A DNA stretch of 64,000 nt from Candidatus Moraniibacteriota bacterium (GCA_035390125.1 DAOOTD010000002.1:169908-233907); one strand, 5' to 3'; positions 19,546-29,190 are shown, numbered from the stretch's first letter. Translations and numbers: made by a program. Notes: a model not told the origin generated them from the letters alone.

Positions 19546-19631
19546 AACGATTTTCAGGACTTATTTAAAGCCCTGTTTTTTATATTTGTTCAATTCATAA
19601 TTCTAAATTTTTATAATTAGCGAATTATATA

Positions 19632-19660
19632 TTGACAAAAATATAGCCTGGGTATATGAT
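19632..19660 (+). promoter_or_regulatory. Sigma70 promoter
   Basis: TTGACA-N17-TATGAT. Confidence 0.7.
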
Positions 19661-19702
19661 TTTTTGTTATACAAAAATTGTTCTATTAAAAAGGAGGAAA
19701 CA

Positions 19703-19999
19703 ATGAGAATCATTAACAAAACTTCTTTTAATCTAATTGCATTCGGTTGGCACACAAAGTATGGCTACGGAAATGATGTGGAAATAAAAACAGGCCAATT
19801 CGCTGATATTTCTGGTTCATATATTGGCGAAATGGGCGGCGGAAGTTGCTGTATAGCCATTGAAGGAGAAGTTATTTGTCAGGAAACTCCTGATGATGAA
19901 AACGGATTTCAAGTTATTCCTGGTAGTCAACTTAACCTTCAGGCTGGTGACAAGGGTATAACCGTTCGTCATTTCTCGGAAGAAAGAATCATTGGATAA
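19703..19999 (+). CDS. Hypothetical protein (98 aa, beta-rich)
   Basis: AAGGAGG RBS before the ATG at 19703. Confidence 0.7.
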   Translation: MRIINKTSFNLIAFGWHTKYGYGNDVEIKTGQFADISGSYIGEMGGGSCCIAIEGEVICQETPDDENGFQVIPGSQLNLQAGDKGITVRHFSEERIIG

Positions 20000-20003
20000 T
20001 AAT

Positions 20004-20073
20004 ACCCGCCGGCAGAAAATCTGCTTTGGTGGGTTTTCTGTTTTTATATCAAACTTAAATTAAATTCTTCCAA
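20004..20073 (+). repeat. Terminator-containing direct repeat, copy 1
   Basis: 20022-20073 matches 20761-20812 with one mismatch. Confidence 0.85.
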
Positions 20074-20178
20074 AATTTTCCAAAACTTTACTCACTTAAA
20101 AGTGCTCAATTTTTAGTATGGGCATCATATTTTAATGGCTTATTTAAGCCTTTTTTTATTTAATTTATTAATTGCTTG

Positions 20179-20206
20179 TTGACATAAAGTTTAATTTATG
20201 TATAAT
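20179..20206 (+). promoter_or_regulatory. Sigma70 promoter
   Basis: TTGACA-N16-TATAAT. Confidence 0.7.
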
Positions 20207-20258
20207 AAAAAATCTGATTCATTATGGATCAGAAATATTATAATTAGGAGGTAGTAAC

Positions 20259-20717
20259 TTGGAAAAAGCAATCGAAGCGGTAAAGGGTTCATTTTTGGCT
20301 GATGTTTTGGGCTTTATTGGCAAAGGAGTTTTTCCTAGCGTTGGAGCAGCCGTAAAGGAGAATGAAGAGGTAATCGGCGATATGAGTCTTTTCGAAAAAG
20401 GCTTGCTAGCTTACGCAGATTTCTGCGGTAAAAAAGAAGAAGAACTGGTAGAACAGCTCAATAAGATGAAAGAAAAAAACGAGCAGGAGTCGCCGGAATT
20501 CAAGCCGAAGCATAATGAGCTTAAAACTATCAGGGAAAATTTTGAGATTTCCAATGAGCTCATGTGGAATTCGATAAGGGGAAGATTTGGCGTTTGGGAC
20601 TGCGGCACCGGCATAAGAGATGGCTATAAAGTCATCAAGATGAGCAAAAATCTGCTCGGGGCCGGTTTTCCTGATCTTGGAGGCATCTCCATAATTCATG
20701 TGAGTCTGAAGGATTAA
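20259..20717 (+). CDS. Hypothetical protein
   Basis: AGGAGG RBS with TTG start; central coiled coil. Confidence 0.7.
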   Translation: MEKAIEAVKGSFLADVLGFIGKGVFPSVGAAVKENEEVIGDMSLFEKGLLAYADFCGKKEEELVEQLNKMKEKNEQESPEFKPKHNELKTIRENFEISNELMWNSIRGRFGVWDCGTGIRDGYKVIKMSKNLLGAGFPDLGGISIIHVSLKD

Positions 20718-20741
20718 GTAAAGTTACTTTATTATAATATA

Positions 20742-20812
20742 ACCCACCAGCAAGGAAACTTGCTTTGGTGGGTTTTCTGTTTTTATATCCAACTTAAATT
20801 AAATTCTTCCAA
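20742..20812 (+). repeat. Terminator-containing direct repeat, copy 2
   Basis: acccacca-gcaag-gaaa-cttgc-tt-tggtgggt-tttc followed by the shared tail. Confidence 0.85.
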
Positions 20813-20954
20813 TAATTCACCAAATTATCTATAATTAAAAGTTATAATTTTTTTACTAAATTGAACCAAATAAAACACACTTTTTATGGGGTTATTTTTT
20901 ATACCAGAGTAGGATGATAGAATTTATGTTATAATAAACCTAGTAATAATTTTT

Positions 20955-21407
20955 TTGAATATTATTATGAAAAACACATTAAGTAATTTCAAAGCATCGT
21001 TGGTTTTCTTTTTTATCACAATTGTTCCTTCTATTTATATTTCTGCAATTTTGAGTAATTTTGTTTTCAACAGCATAATATCTGATACTGATATAAGTTA
21101 TAAATCTATGATGAGTATATTGTTTGTTATCAGGATATTGGCAAATATATTTATAACTTGGATTCTTATTATGGTGGTTTCAAATTTTATTAAAAAATTT
21201 TTTTCCATAGATCAGCCCAATGTTATTGTTATTACGGCCACAACACTGCTTGTTTTTCTTGAATTGATTTTGTTATTTCAAACAGGAACTTTTTCGCCGG
21301 AAGTTATTAGTCAAGAAAAAATGCAATTTACTATCATTATTGCAAGTCTACTGTCTTATTTCGTATTTTATTATTTTATCAGTAAATTCTATTTGAACGA
21401 TAAATAA
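20955..21407 (+). CDS. Hypothetical membrane protein (4 TM)
   Basis: Four hydrophobic segments. Confidence 0.6.
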   Translation: MNIIMKNTLSNFKASLVFFFITIVPSIYISAILSNFVFNSIISDTDISYKSMMSILFVIRILANIFITWILIMVVSNFIKKFFSIDQPNVIVITATTLLVFLELILLFQTGTFSPEVISQEKMQFTIIIASLLSYFVFYYFISKFYLNDK

Positions 21408-21437
21408 ACAGCAATAGATAGAAAAGAAAAAAAACAA

Positions 21438-22247
21438 ATGAAAAATAAAAAAGGTAGCATTGTTTTAACTCTAGTCATTATTATTATTTGGATAATCACA
21501 GCCGGAGGCGGCGGTTGGTTTTTGGCGTTTTTGGAAAGTAAAAAACAAACTGCAACTCCCTTGCCACCTGCTCACACTTATGATGAAGCTGTAAAAATCC
21601 CGACTCAAAATGAAAAAAAAGCTTCAGATAAATCAATAAAATTAGATGAAAAAGCATCACCTAAAAAAGAGATTGTTTTGCCTGAAGAAACAAATCTATC
21701 TATACCATTTGTTCTGCAAGCGCCAAACCAGAATTGGGTCTATCCCTATGAAGATTTCTGTGAAGAAGCATCGGTTTTAATGGCAGCTAGTTATTTAAAA
21801 AACAGCCCAATACTCAATTCTAACGATGCTGATGCAAAACTTCTTTCTATTATGGATTTCGAAATGAAAAAATTTGGATATCACAAAGACACAAACATAG
21901 AAGAAACAGCAACTATTCTTCGTGAGTTATATAATTTGCAAAAGATTGAAATAGTTTATAATCCAAGCGTGAATGAAATTAAAATTGCTTTGGCTGAAGG
22001 GAAAGCCGTAGTAGTTCCATTGGCTGGCCGAGAATTAAAAAATCCTAATTTTCGTAGTCCTGGCCCGCTATATCATATGCTGGTAATTAAAGGTTATGAT
22101 AAGAATGATAATTTTATAACGAATGAACCGGGAACCAGAAAAGGTGCTAATTATAGGTATAAAACAGGAATAATAATGAATGCTATTCATGATTGGAATA
22201 ATGGAGATGTGTATAATGGGAAAAAAGCTGTGATAATAGCAGGCTAG
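21438..22247 (+). CDS. Membrane-anchored C39-like peptidase
   Basis: 'IPFVLQAP..W..PYEDFCEEAS', 'YHMLVIKGYD', 'NEPGT'. Confidence 0.8.
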   Translation: MKNKKGSIVLTLVIIIIWIITAGGGGWFLAFLESKKQTATPLPPAHTYDEAVKIPTQNEKKASDKSIKLDEKASPKKEIVLPEETNLSIPFVLQAPNQNWVYPYEDFCEEASVLMAASYLKNSPILNSNDADAKLLSIMDFEMKKFGYHKDTNIEETATILRELYNLQKIEIVYNPSVNEIKIALAEGKAVVVPLAGRELKNPNFRSPGPLYHMLVIKGYDKNDNFITNEPGTRKGANYRYKTGIIMNAIHDWNNGDVYNGKKAVIIAG

Positions 22248-23566
22248 TGGCCGTTATTTATCTTACGTAAACGCAGTGGAAGTAAGATCAATAGGATTAA
22301 TAATTCAAAAGCACTACCCAGGAAAAAAGCGAATGGCAAAGCTACTAATCCATAATGAAAACTCATAAAATATCCCCCTGGTATAGCGATTATAATTCCT
22401 AATATGCTGATTACAACTGGAATGGTTGTATTTTTTGTTGCATAGAAAGCTCTGGCCATAAGGTGGACTAATGACTCGGTAGGAATACTCAGACAAAATA
22501 CTCCAAGGGCAGCAGATGTGCGGATTATGTCAGAAGATTCGAATGCTCCACCACCCAAAAAAATACTTATTAGTTCATCACGAATTAAAAAAATAATGGA
22601 TGCAGATAATAAGCTTGCCAAAAGTATCAAGAGAAAAGAATTCTTTAGTGTTTTTAAAAAATTATCCTTAGCGTTATCATTAATAGCGTTAGCTAGCAAA
22701 GGAAAACTGGTTGTGGCAATAGTTATGCCAATAAGGCTTATCGGGACACTTTGAAAATTACGCGCAAAGCTTATTGCTGTTACTGATCCAGGCTGAAGCA
22801 TTGAAGCTATAGCTGTAAAACCCCAAAAAGTCGCAAGTTCAATAGGATGTCCAAACATCTTGGGTATCATCATTCTGATGGTTTTACGAAAAGGAGCGGA
22901 TTTGAAATCATATGCTGTTCTAAATCTGAAACCATGCCACCAAGCATCACCAAATCTTGCTAAAAGATGAAGAAAAGCCCCAAAAACTGTGCCTACAGCT
23001 ACGCCCGTTATACCAAAAAATGGAGCCAAAAATAATGTTCCAAGAATTATCCCAAAATTGTAAAGAACTGGGGACATTCCATAAAAAAGAAATCGCCTTT
23101 GAGTTATCAACATGGCACCAATAGCGTTGGAAGCTGCAAAAAAGATAGGAGACAGTGCCAGAATTCGTACAATCTTTGCTACTAAAAGTCTATCAGCTTC
23201 ATTAAAACCAGGAGCCACGATGACACTTATATAATTTGCAAATATTATAATAATTACGGCGATTATAAACATGATGCCAGTAGCGGCTGTTATTATGGAA
23301 TTGACATATTCTTTAGCCTTTTCTTTGTCTGAGTGCAAAAGTTCTGAAAGTATTGGCACAAAGGCAGCAGTAATCCCTCCGGCGATAAGAATATTAAATA
23401 AAAGATCAGGAAAAAGAAAAGCAGCGTTATAAGCATCTAATGGTCTTGAAGCGCCAAAAGTCTGCGCAAAAAAGTGATCTCGCGCCAATCCAAGAACATA
23501 GGAAGCAAAAGATGTAATTGCAAGTATCACGCTACCCTTGGGGATTATATTTGTCCATTTCTTCAT
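22244..23566 (-). CDS. murJ: Lipid II flippase MurJ
   Basis: 'LGLARD..AQTFGA..DAYNAAF.FPD', 'RAFYA.KNT.IP'. Confidence 0.88.
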   Translation of the reverse strand: MKKWTNIIPKGSVILAITSFASYVLGLARDHFFAQTFGASRPLDAYNAAFLFPDLLFNILIAGGITAAFVPILSELLHSDKEKAKEYVNSIITAATGIMFIIAVIIIIFANYISVIVAPGFNEADRLLVAKIVRILALSPIFFAASNAIGAMLITQRRFLFYGMSPVLYNFGIILGTLFLAPFFGITGVAVGTVFGAFLHLLARFGDAWWHGFRFRTAYDFKSAPFRKTIRMMIPKMFGHPIELATFWGFTAIASMLQPGSVTAISFARNFQSVPISLIGITIATTSFPLLANAINDNAKDNFLKTLKNSFLLILLASLLSASIIFLIRDELISIFLGGGAFESSDIIRTSAALGVFCLSIPTESLVHLMARAFYATKNTTIPVVISILGIIIAIPGGYFMSFHYGLVALPFAFFLGSAFELLILLILLPLRLRKINNGH

Positions 23567-23720
23567 ATAAATACTATATCACCAAACAGAAAGATTTGAA
23601 ATTACCAAATATATTCCTTGTTTTTTTGGAATAAACTTATTTTGTTTGGTTTAGTAAATCTTGCAAACCATATTTTTATCTAAAATTGTAATAATGCCCA
23701 TAAGTGATAAAATGTAATAG

Positions 23721-24419
23721 ATGAAAAAAGAAAAAACTAAAAAAACAAAAACACATACAATAATAATTTCTGACCTTCACCTGGGATCAAAAGTGAGCCA
23801 ACCGGAAAAAACTTTGGCAATGCTGGAAAATTATTCTTTCCAAAAGCTTATACTCTTGGGAGATGTTTTTGACAACATGGATTTCCGCAATCTTTCTAAA
23901 GAATGCTGGAATCTGCTTACTTATATTGGAAAAATATCTAAAAATAAGAAAGTCAGGTGGGTTATTGGAAACCATGATGAGGGATTGGTAAATATTTTTA
24001 AATCTCTAATGGATGCCAAAATATATGAAACATACGTTTGGCATTATAAGCAGAAAAAATATCTTGCCATACATGGACATCAATTCGACCGTTTTTTAGT
24101 TAATAATGCTATGATTAGTTATTTGGCGAATAAAATTTATAATTTTATACAAAGAATTGATTCTAATGAAAAAAAATTTAGTCATTATCTTAAGAAAAAA
24201 AGCAAAGGTTGGCTAAGACTTTCTGAAAAAGTAGCCCGTTCTGCAATTATTTATGGTAAAGAAAATGGAGCCGATTTTGTTTTCTGTGGACATACACATA
24301 AGTCTATTCAAAGAAAAAATCATAAAATAAAATATTTTAATTCGGGCTGTTGGGATGACACTCCATGTAGTTATATAACTATTAACGATGGAGGTATAAA
24401 AATTCAAGAATATATATGA
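23721..24419 (+). CDS. Calcineurin-like metallophosphoesterase (LpxH-like family)
   Basis: 'SDLHLG', 'GDVFD', 'GNHD', 'HGHQFD', 'GHTH'. Confidence 0.88.
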   Translation: MKKEKTKKTKTHTIIISDLHLGSKVSQPEKTLAMLENYSFQKLILLGDVFDNMDFRNLSKECWNLLTYIGKISKNKKVRWVIGNHDEGLVNIFKSLMDAKIYETYVWHYKQKKYLAIHGHQFDRFLVNNAMISYLANKIYNFIQRIDSNEKKFSHYLKKKSKGWLRLSEKVARSAIIYGKENGADFVFCGHTHKSIQRKNHKIKYFNSGCWDDTPCSYITINDGGIKIQEYI

Positions 24420-24539
24420 AATTATCAAAGGACAAAAAACATGCTATTTTAAATATAGTAAGAATATGGCAAAAATATCCTTAGAATAATAAATATTTTT
24501 TTATTTAGCTTTAAAAATAATTATTAATTTTAAAAAATT

Positions 24540-24941
24540 ATGTTAAAAGAATTCAAACAATTTCTTCTTCGCGGAAATGTCGTTGATCTGGCCGTAGGAG
24601 TTGTAGTTGGTGCCGCTTTTGGGTCAGTAGTTTCAGCTCTTGTGTCTGATTTGCTGACTCCAATGATTGCAGCCATTGCTAAAGTACCTGATTTTTCTGG
24701 TTTAATTTTTACAATCAATGACAGCAAATTTATGATTGGACATTTTATTAATGCTCTCATTTCATTTATATTAGTTGCGGCTGCCATTTTCTTTTTTATA
24801 ATAAAACCGATGAATATGCTTGTTGCGCGTTCTCGCAAAGAAGCGCCGGCAGATCCGACTACCAAGAAATGCCCGGAATGTCTGAGTGAAATTCCCACTG
24901 AGGCCAAACGCTGCTCACATTGTGCACAGATTACTTCATAA
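24540..24941 (+). CDS. mscL: Large-conductance mechanosensitive channel with C-terminal zinc ribbon
   Basis: 'FKQFLLRGNVVDLAVGVVVGAAF'; tail 'CPEC...CSHC'. Confidence 0.92.
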   Translation: MLKEFKQFLLRGNVVDLAVGVVVGAAFGSVVSALVSDLLTPMIAAIAKVPDFSGLIFTINDSKFMIGHFINALISFILVAAAIFFFIIKPMNMLVARSRKEAPADPTTKKCPECLSEIPTEAKRCSHCAQITS

Positions 24942-24966
24942 ACTTAAAAAAATAAAATACAAAAAG

Positions 24967-25001
24967 AAAAAACCACGCAATTTGTTAATTGCATGGTTTT
25001 T
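24967..25001. terminator. Bidirectional terminator
   Basis: aaaaaaccacgcaatt-loop-aattgcatggttttt between convergent genes. Confidence 0.7.
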
Positions 25002-25019
25002 GTAAATAGTATCTTGTTC

Positions 25020-25760
25020 TTATCTTAGGCCAAAACGTAATCTGATGACTTTTTCTTCACTAGCTTTCAATGTAGTCAAAACCTTATGAATTTGATCAGC
25101 CATATCTTTGTCTTGCACTGTCTCTTCGGAAGAAATATTTTTAGAGTCTGGTATAACGCAATCGATCGTCGAGTCATCATCTTCGTTGACTAGTTTAGAA
25201 AAGGAGAATGTTTTTCCTCTTTTCCTTATAACCTGTACTTCAGAGATTTTCTCCTTAGTAAGGCCCAAACACTCTGCCAGCTCTTCATGAGTTGGTAACC
25301 GCTTGTAATTCTGCAAAAAATTCTTCTCAGTTTTTTCAATTTCTATTATTGCCCTCCTTAATTGGCGCGAAACAGAAATATTATCTGATTGATAAGCCAA
25401 CTCAACGTCTATCCTGGTCTTGATGTAAAACCCGGCCCATCTTGCAAACCCGCAACCGCAATCAGACTTAAATGTTTTAACAGCCAAGATTAATCCGATA
25501 TTTGCCGTTTGGATTAAATCTTCAATTGCTAATCCACTATTCCAATTTTTTCTGGCGAAAAAAATGGCAAAAGCCATATTCGATTCGACTATTTTTTTCT
25601 CCATCTCCGTTAATTTTTTCTTTTCTTCGCCTTCATTTCTTTGTTCGCATATTTTTTCCAGGAGCTCGCTCTCTTCTGTTCTAGATAATCGTGGGCATTT
25701 TTGTGCTTGTTTTATGAGAAAACGCAAGCAAGCCGTTTCTTCATTTTGATTTTTTGCCAT
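25020..25760 (-). CDS. Divergent sigma-70 family protein ending after region 4.1
   Basis: Regions 1.2, 2 ('EDLIQTANIGL'), 3 ('LPTHEELAECLG') and 4.1 ('EEKVIRLRFGLR*'); no 4.2 HTH. Confidence 0.8.
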   Translation of the reverse strand: MAKNQNEETACLRFLIKQAQKCPRLSRTEESELLEKICEQRNEGEEKKKLTEMEKKIVESNMAFAIFFARKNWNSGLAIEDLIQTANIGLILAVKTFKSDCGCGFARWAGFYIKTRIDVELAYQSDNISVSRQLRRAIIEIEKTEKNFLQNYKRLPTHEELAECLGLTKEKISEVQVIRKRGKTFSFSKLVNEDDDSTIDCVIPDSKNISSEETVQDKDMADQIHKVLTTLKASEEKVIRLRFGLR

Positions 25761-25780
25761 TATTCACCTCGATTTTTATG

Positions 25781-26338
25781 CTATTGTGCAGATTTTGAGT
25801 TTATAAAAGATATTTCCTCCATTTTTACATCATGGCCAATAAGAATTAGTCTGTCGGCCAATGCTCTCAGTTCTCTTGAAACTGTATCATCTGAAGACAC
25901 GATTGTTACGCTGATTCCTCCTCTTTTTTTTATTTTGCTGAGAAGATATTCAAAATCTGAATCGCCGGAAAGAAGTATAATTTCATCACAATCTCTTCGC
26001 CAGAAGCTGTCGCTGATGTCTGTCGTAATTTCTACATCAAAATTAGCCTTCTCTTTTGTACCGACCCCGGTCCATATACGTTTTACTTCTTTCGTAACAA
26101 CGTTAAAGCCTTTAACGGAGAACTGATACAAGAATTTTCGCTGGCCAACCTGGTCATCCGTGCTTCTTGTTTCTACATACACTGTTTTTGAGGCAACATT
26201 TGAGCCCATCGTTGCAATATTGACAAGCTTCTCCAAATCAAGTTTACTTCTTGGATCCAAACCAGACTTTCTTCTAATATCTTCAAAAGCTGAAGTTATA
26301 TTAGAGAAATCTACTGCTACTATTGCATTTTTTGGCAT
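25781..26338 (-). CDS. NYN domain (LabA/DUF88, PIN-like) protein
   Basis: 'VDFSNI', 'FDVEITTD', 'LLSGDSDF', 'SRELRALAD'. Confidence 0.88.
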   Translation of the reverse strand: MPKNAIVAVDFSNITSAFEDIRRKSGLDPRSKLDLEKLVNIATMGSNVASKTVYVETRSTDDQVGQRKFLYQFSVKGFNVVTKEVKRIWTGVGTKEKANFDVEITTDISDSFWRRDCDEIILLSGDSDFEYLLSKIKKRGGISVTIVSSDDTVSRELRALADRLILIGHDVKMEEISFINSKSAQ

Positions 26339-26545
26339 AAAATACTCCTTTTTTATTCTGATTTTAAACTACTAATATTAATGCTTTTTTTAACCTCCTT
26401 TCCTAAATGTTTTAAATGGATCGTACAACACGTGCTCTCATTTGTCAACCAAACAAAGAGATTTGTCAAATCGTTAAGCATTAATAATAAAGGTGTATTT
26501 TATGTTTTCAATTAATATCTGTGCTAAAATAGAAACATTAAGAAT

Positions 26546-26574
26546 TGCAAACTAAAAAGTTAATTAGCCGTATA
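26546..26574 (+). promoter_or_regulatory. Putative autoregulatory ECF promoter (SigW/SigM type)
   Basis: TGCAAAC-N16-CGTATA directly upstream of the ECF sigma gene. Confidence 0.6.
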
Positions 26575-26603
26575 ACTAACCGGTTGGTTAAGCTAAAATT
26601 TAT

Positions 26604-27182
26604 ATGCCAGAAAAATCAGCCGAAATGACAGATAATGAATTGGTTCAGTTTTCAAAAAGAAGTCCAGATGCTTTCAGTGAAATCGTATTGCGATATCAAG
26701 ATCGCCTGTTTCGCTATATTAAAAGAATTTCTTATTTTGCCGATGAAGATATAGAAGACATTATACAGGAGACATTTATAAAAGCGTATAAAAGCTTGAA
26801 TATATTTGATAATGATTTAAAATTTTCTTCGTGGATATATCAAATAGCCAGGAATGCAACGATTGATGCCATAAGAAAAAAACAGGCGCGGCCACAGGCT
26901 ATGTATTTCGAAGAAAATGATGTGCTTAAATTTTTTCAGTCAGACATAGATGTGCATATACAGGCGGAAGCAAGAAATCATCTGGATATCATACGCAAGA
27001 TAATAGACGAGCTGCCGTATAAATATAAAGAAGTGCTGGTGCTAAGGTTTTTGGAAGACAAAAATTATGAGGAAATAATGGATATTATCCAGAAACCCAA
27101 GGGGACGGTGGCGGCACTTATAAACCGCGGAAGAAAAATGCTTCTTAAAGAGGCCAGTAATAAATTTGGAATAAATAATTAA
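26604..27182 (+). CDS. ECF sigma factor
   Basis: 'DIEDIIQETFIKAY', 'FSSWIYQIARN', region 4 'LPYKYKEVLVLRF..YEEI..GTV'. Confidence 0.92.
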   Translation: MPEKSAEMTDNELVQFSKRSPDAFSEIVLRYQDRLFRYIKRISYFADEDIEDIIQETFIKAYKSLNIFDNDLKFSSWIYQIARNATIDAIRKKQARPQAMYFEENDVLKFFQSDIDVHIQAEARNHLDIIRKIIDELPYKYKEVLVLRFLEDKNYEEIMDIIQKPKGTVAALINRGRKMLLKEASNKFGINN

Positions 27183-27186
27183 ACAT

Positions 27187-27993
27187 ATGAAAGACATCTC
27201 TAAAAAAATCATAGAAAAAATCAAAGAAGGACACATTATTCCCGAATCAAAATTAAAGTTGCAATGGAAAAGCTATTTGTTTTGGATTTTAATGGTAGTG
27301 ATGATACTTATAGGAGCACTATCTCTGTCGCTAGCTATTTTGAATGTTTCTGATATAGATCCAAGATTTATACGCCACATGGAATTATTTAAATTTGTCA
27401 GAATTATTACTGTTACCGCTCCTTATTTATGGATAATCCTTTCTTTGGCGGCTCTTTATTTCGGCATAAAAGCTTTCAGGGGAACCCATAAAGGTTATAG
27501 GCACAGTACACTTTTTATAACTAGCCTGGTTGTGCTTATAATTTCCATCTTGGCTTTTATTAGTCATTTTCTCAAGATAGACAATAAAATGCACGGAGCA
27601 TTTTCAAAAAATACACCTAATTTAAAAAGATTGGTCGCTCCTAGGGAAGGACGCTGGACAAGACCTGGGGACGGTCTCATTGGTGGGGAAATTATAAACA
27701 TTGGGACAAATGAATTTTCAATAAAAAGTTTTGATGGTGAAGAATGGAAGATAGTTTATAACGATAGAACAGAGAAAAATAATCCATCTGAATTTTCTGT
27801 GGGCGATAAAGTAGGAATTATAGGCAAAAAAAATAATGACTTTTCAATAAGTGCGTTTTCAATAAGAACTTTTCCGGAAGACTGGGACGGAAAAACTCCG
27901 CGCAATCAGCGTTTTAATCGGCAGGGGAAAAACAATCCAGAGCATTTACCTCCACCTGAAAATTTTTCGCCTTTTGAAAACATGCATCCATAA
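27187..27993 (+). CDS. Membrane protein with C-terminal OB-like domain, candidate anti-sigma factor
   Basis: 3 TM segments plus extracytoplasmic domain directly after the ECF gene. Confidence 0.55.
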   Translation: MKDISKKIIEKIKEGHIIPESKLKLQWKSYLFWILMVVMILIGALSLSLAILNVSDIDPRFIRHMELFKFVRIITVTAPYLWIILSLAALYFGIKAFRGTHKGYRHSTLFITSLVVLIISILAFISHFLKIDNKMHGAFSKNTPNLKRLVAPREGRWTRPGDGLIGGEIINIGTNEFSIKSFDGEEWKIVYNDRTEKNNPSEFSVGDKVGIIGKKNNDFSISAFSIRTFPEDWDGKTPRNQRFNRQGKNNPEHLPPPENFSPFENMHP

Positions 27994-28005
27994 CTTTTAA
28001 TATTT

Positions 28006-29190
28006 TTGACAATCAATCAGATGAAATTTAAGAAAAAATATTTTTGGTTAGCTATAGCACTCGTAATAATCGGAGGAGGTTATTATTGGTACAGCAAATC
28101 AAAATCTTCCTCAATATCTGTTACATATAAAACGGCTGTAGCAGAAAAAGGAACGTTAACAACCTCAATTTCTGCTAGCGGAAATGTTATTGTTGACGAT
28201 AGCGCCACAGTCGATCCAACTATAACCGGAACAGTCTATGGTTTAGCAGTAAGCGTTGGCGATACTGTTAAAAAAGGCCAGCTACTTTTTATGATTGAAA
28301 ATAACGATCTGGGAATTGATGCCAATAAAGCTTATTCTTCATATCTTCAGGCAAAATCTTCCCTGGAAACAGCTAAGGCTAACAGAAGAGACGCTAAAAA
28401 TAATTATGAAGATGCAAGTTCGGAAGAGGAAAAATCTTTAAAATATAAATATAAAGCTGCTGAAATTTCATTAGAAGTGGCGGAAAAAAATGTAGAAACA
28501 AACTGGAGCTCATACCAAAATGCTTTAACTGATGCTTCAAAAAGAAAAGTTGTTTCTCCGATAGAAGGAACAATTAATGCGGTTAATATAAAAAACGGAG
28601 ATGATTTAGGCAGACTTTCGTCAAATAGTAATTCTTCCGCACCAATAATAATTGGAAACATGGACACGCTGAAAGCGCAAGTTGAAGTTAATGAAGTTGA
28701 TATCGCCAATGTTAGTATTGGTCAAAAAGTATCGCTCACATTTAACGCCATTGATGGTCTTACTTCAACTGGCAAAGTGGAGAAGATAGATTCCTTGGGT
28801 ATTTCGAGCTCAGGAGTTGTTTCATATAACGTGACTATAGGACTTGATTCGCTCGATGAAAGAATAAAACCGGAGATGAGTGTGTCTGCTGCCATAATCA
28901 CAAACGTTAAACAGGATGTTCTTCTTGTTCCGAACAGCTCAGTGAAAACGCAAAATGGAAGTTTTTATGTGCAAGTGCTTTTAGGAGAAACTCCGGAGAG
29001 AAAAACAGTAGAAATTGGTTTATCGAATGATGTACAAACGGAAATAATAAGCGGTATGAGCGAAGGAGAAAATATTATTACACAAACAGTCAGTTCTGAT
29101 AGTGTAAATTCATCTTCATCTTCTCCAAGTTCAAGATCTGGAAGTAGTGTTAGAATCCCAGGTTTGGGCGAAGGAGGGCGCTTTGACTAA
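28006..29190 (+). CDS. MacA-like periplasmic adaptor (membrane fusion protein)
   Basis: N-terminal TM, lipoyl halves 'GDTVKKGQLL' and 'SPIEG', 'VNEVDI'. Confidence 0.9.
   Translation: MTINQMKFKKKYFWLAIALVIIGGGYYWYSKSKSSSISVTYKTAVAEKGTLTTSISASGNVIVDDSATVDPTITGTVYGLAVSVGDTVKKGQLLFMIENNDLGIDANKAYSSYLQAKSSLETAKANRRDAKNNYEDASSEEEKSLKYKYKAAEISLEVAEKNVETNWSSYQNALTDASKRKVVSPIEGTINAVNIKNGDDLGRLSSNSNSSAPIIIGNMDTLKAQVEVNEVDIANVSIGQKVSLTFNAIDGLTSTGKVEKIDSLGISSSGVVSYNVTIGLDSLDERIKPEMSVSAAIITNVKQDVLLVPNSSVKTQNGSFYVQVLLGETPERKTVEIGLSNDVQTEIISGMSEGENIITQTVSSDSVNSSSSSPSSRSGSSVRIPGLGEGGRFD

Noticed and set aside
19546-21407. Extending the island to include the downstream orphan genes
   Set aside because: The att core and in-frame recombinase tail place the boundary at about 19545, and I found no further tRNA-end copy beyond it.
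23721-24419. lpxH implying lipid A synthesis
   Set aside because: Only generic metallophosphoesterase motifs are visible and no other lpx gene is in the window.
24850-24941. Zinc ribbon fused to MscL as a novelty
   Set aside because: MscL with a C-terminal CxxC..CxxC tail is a variant I recognise from other bacteria.
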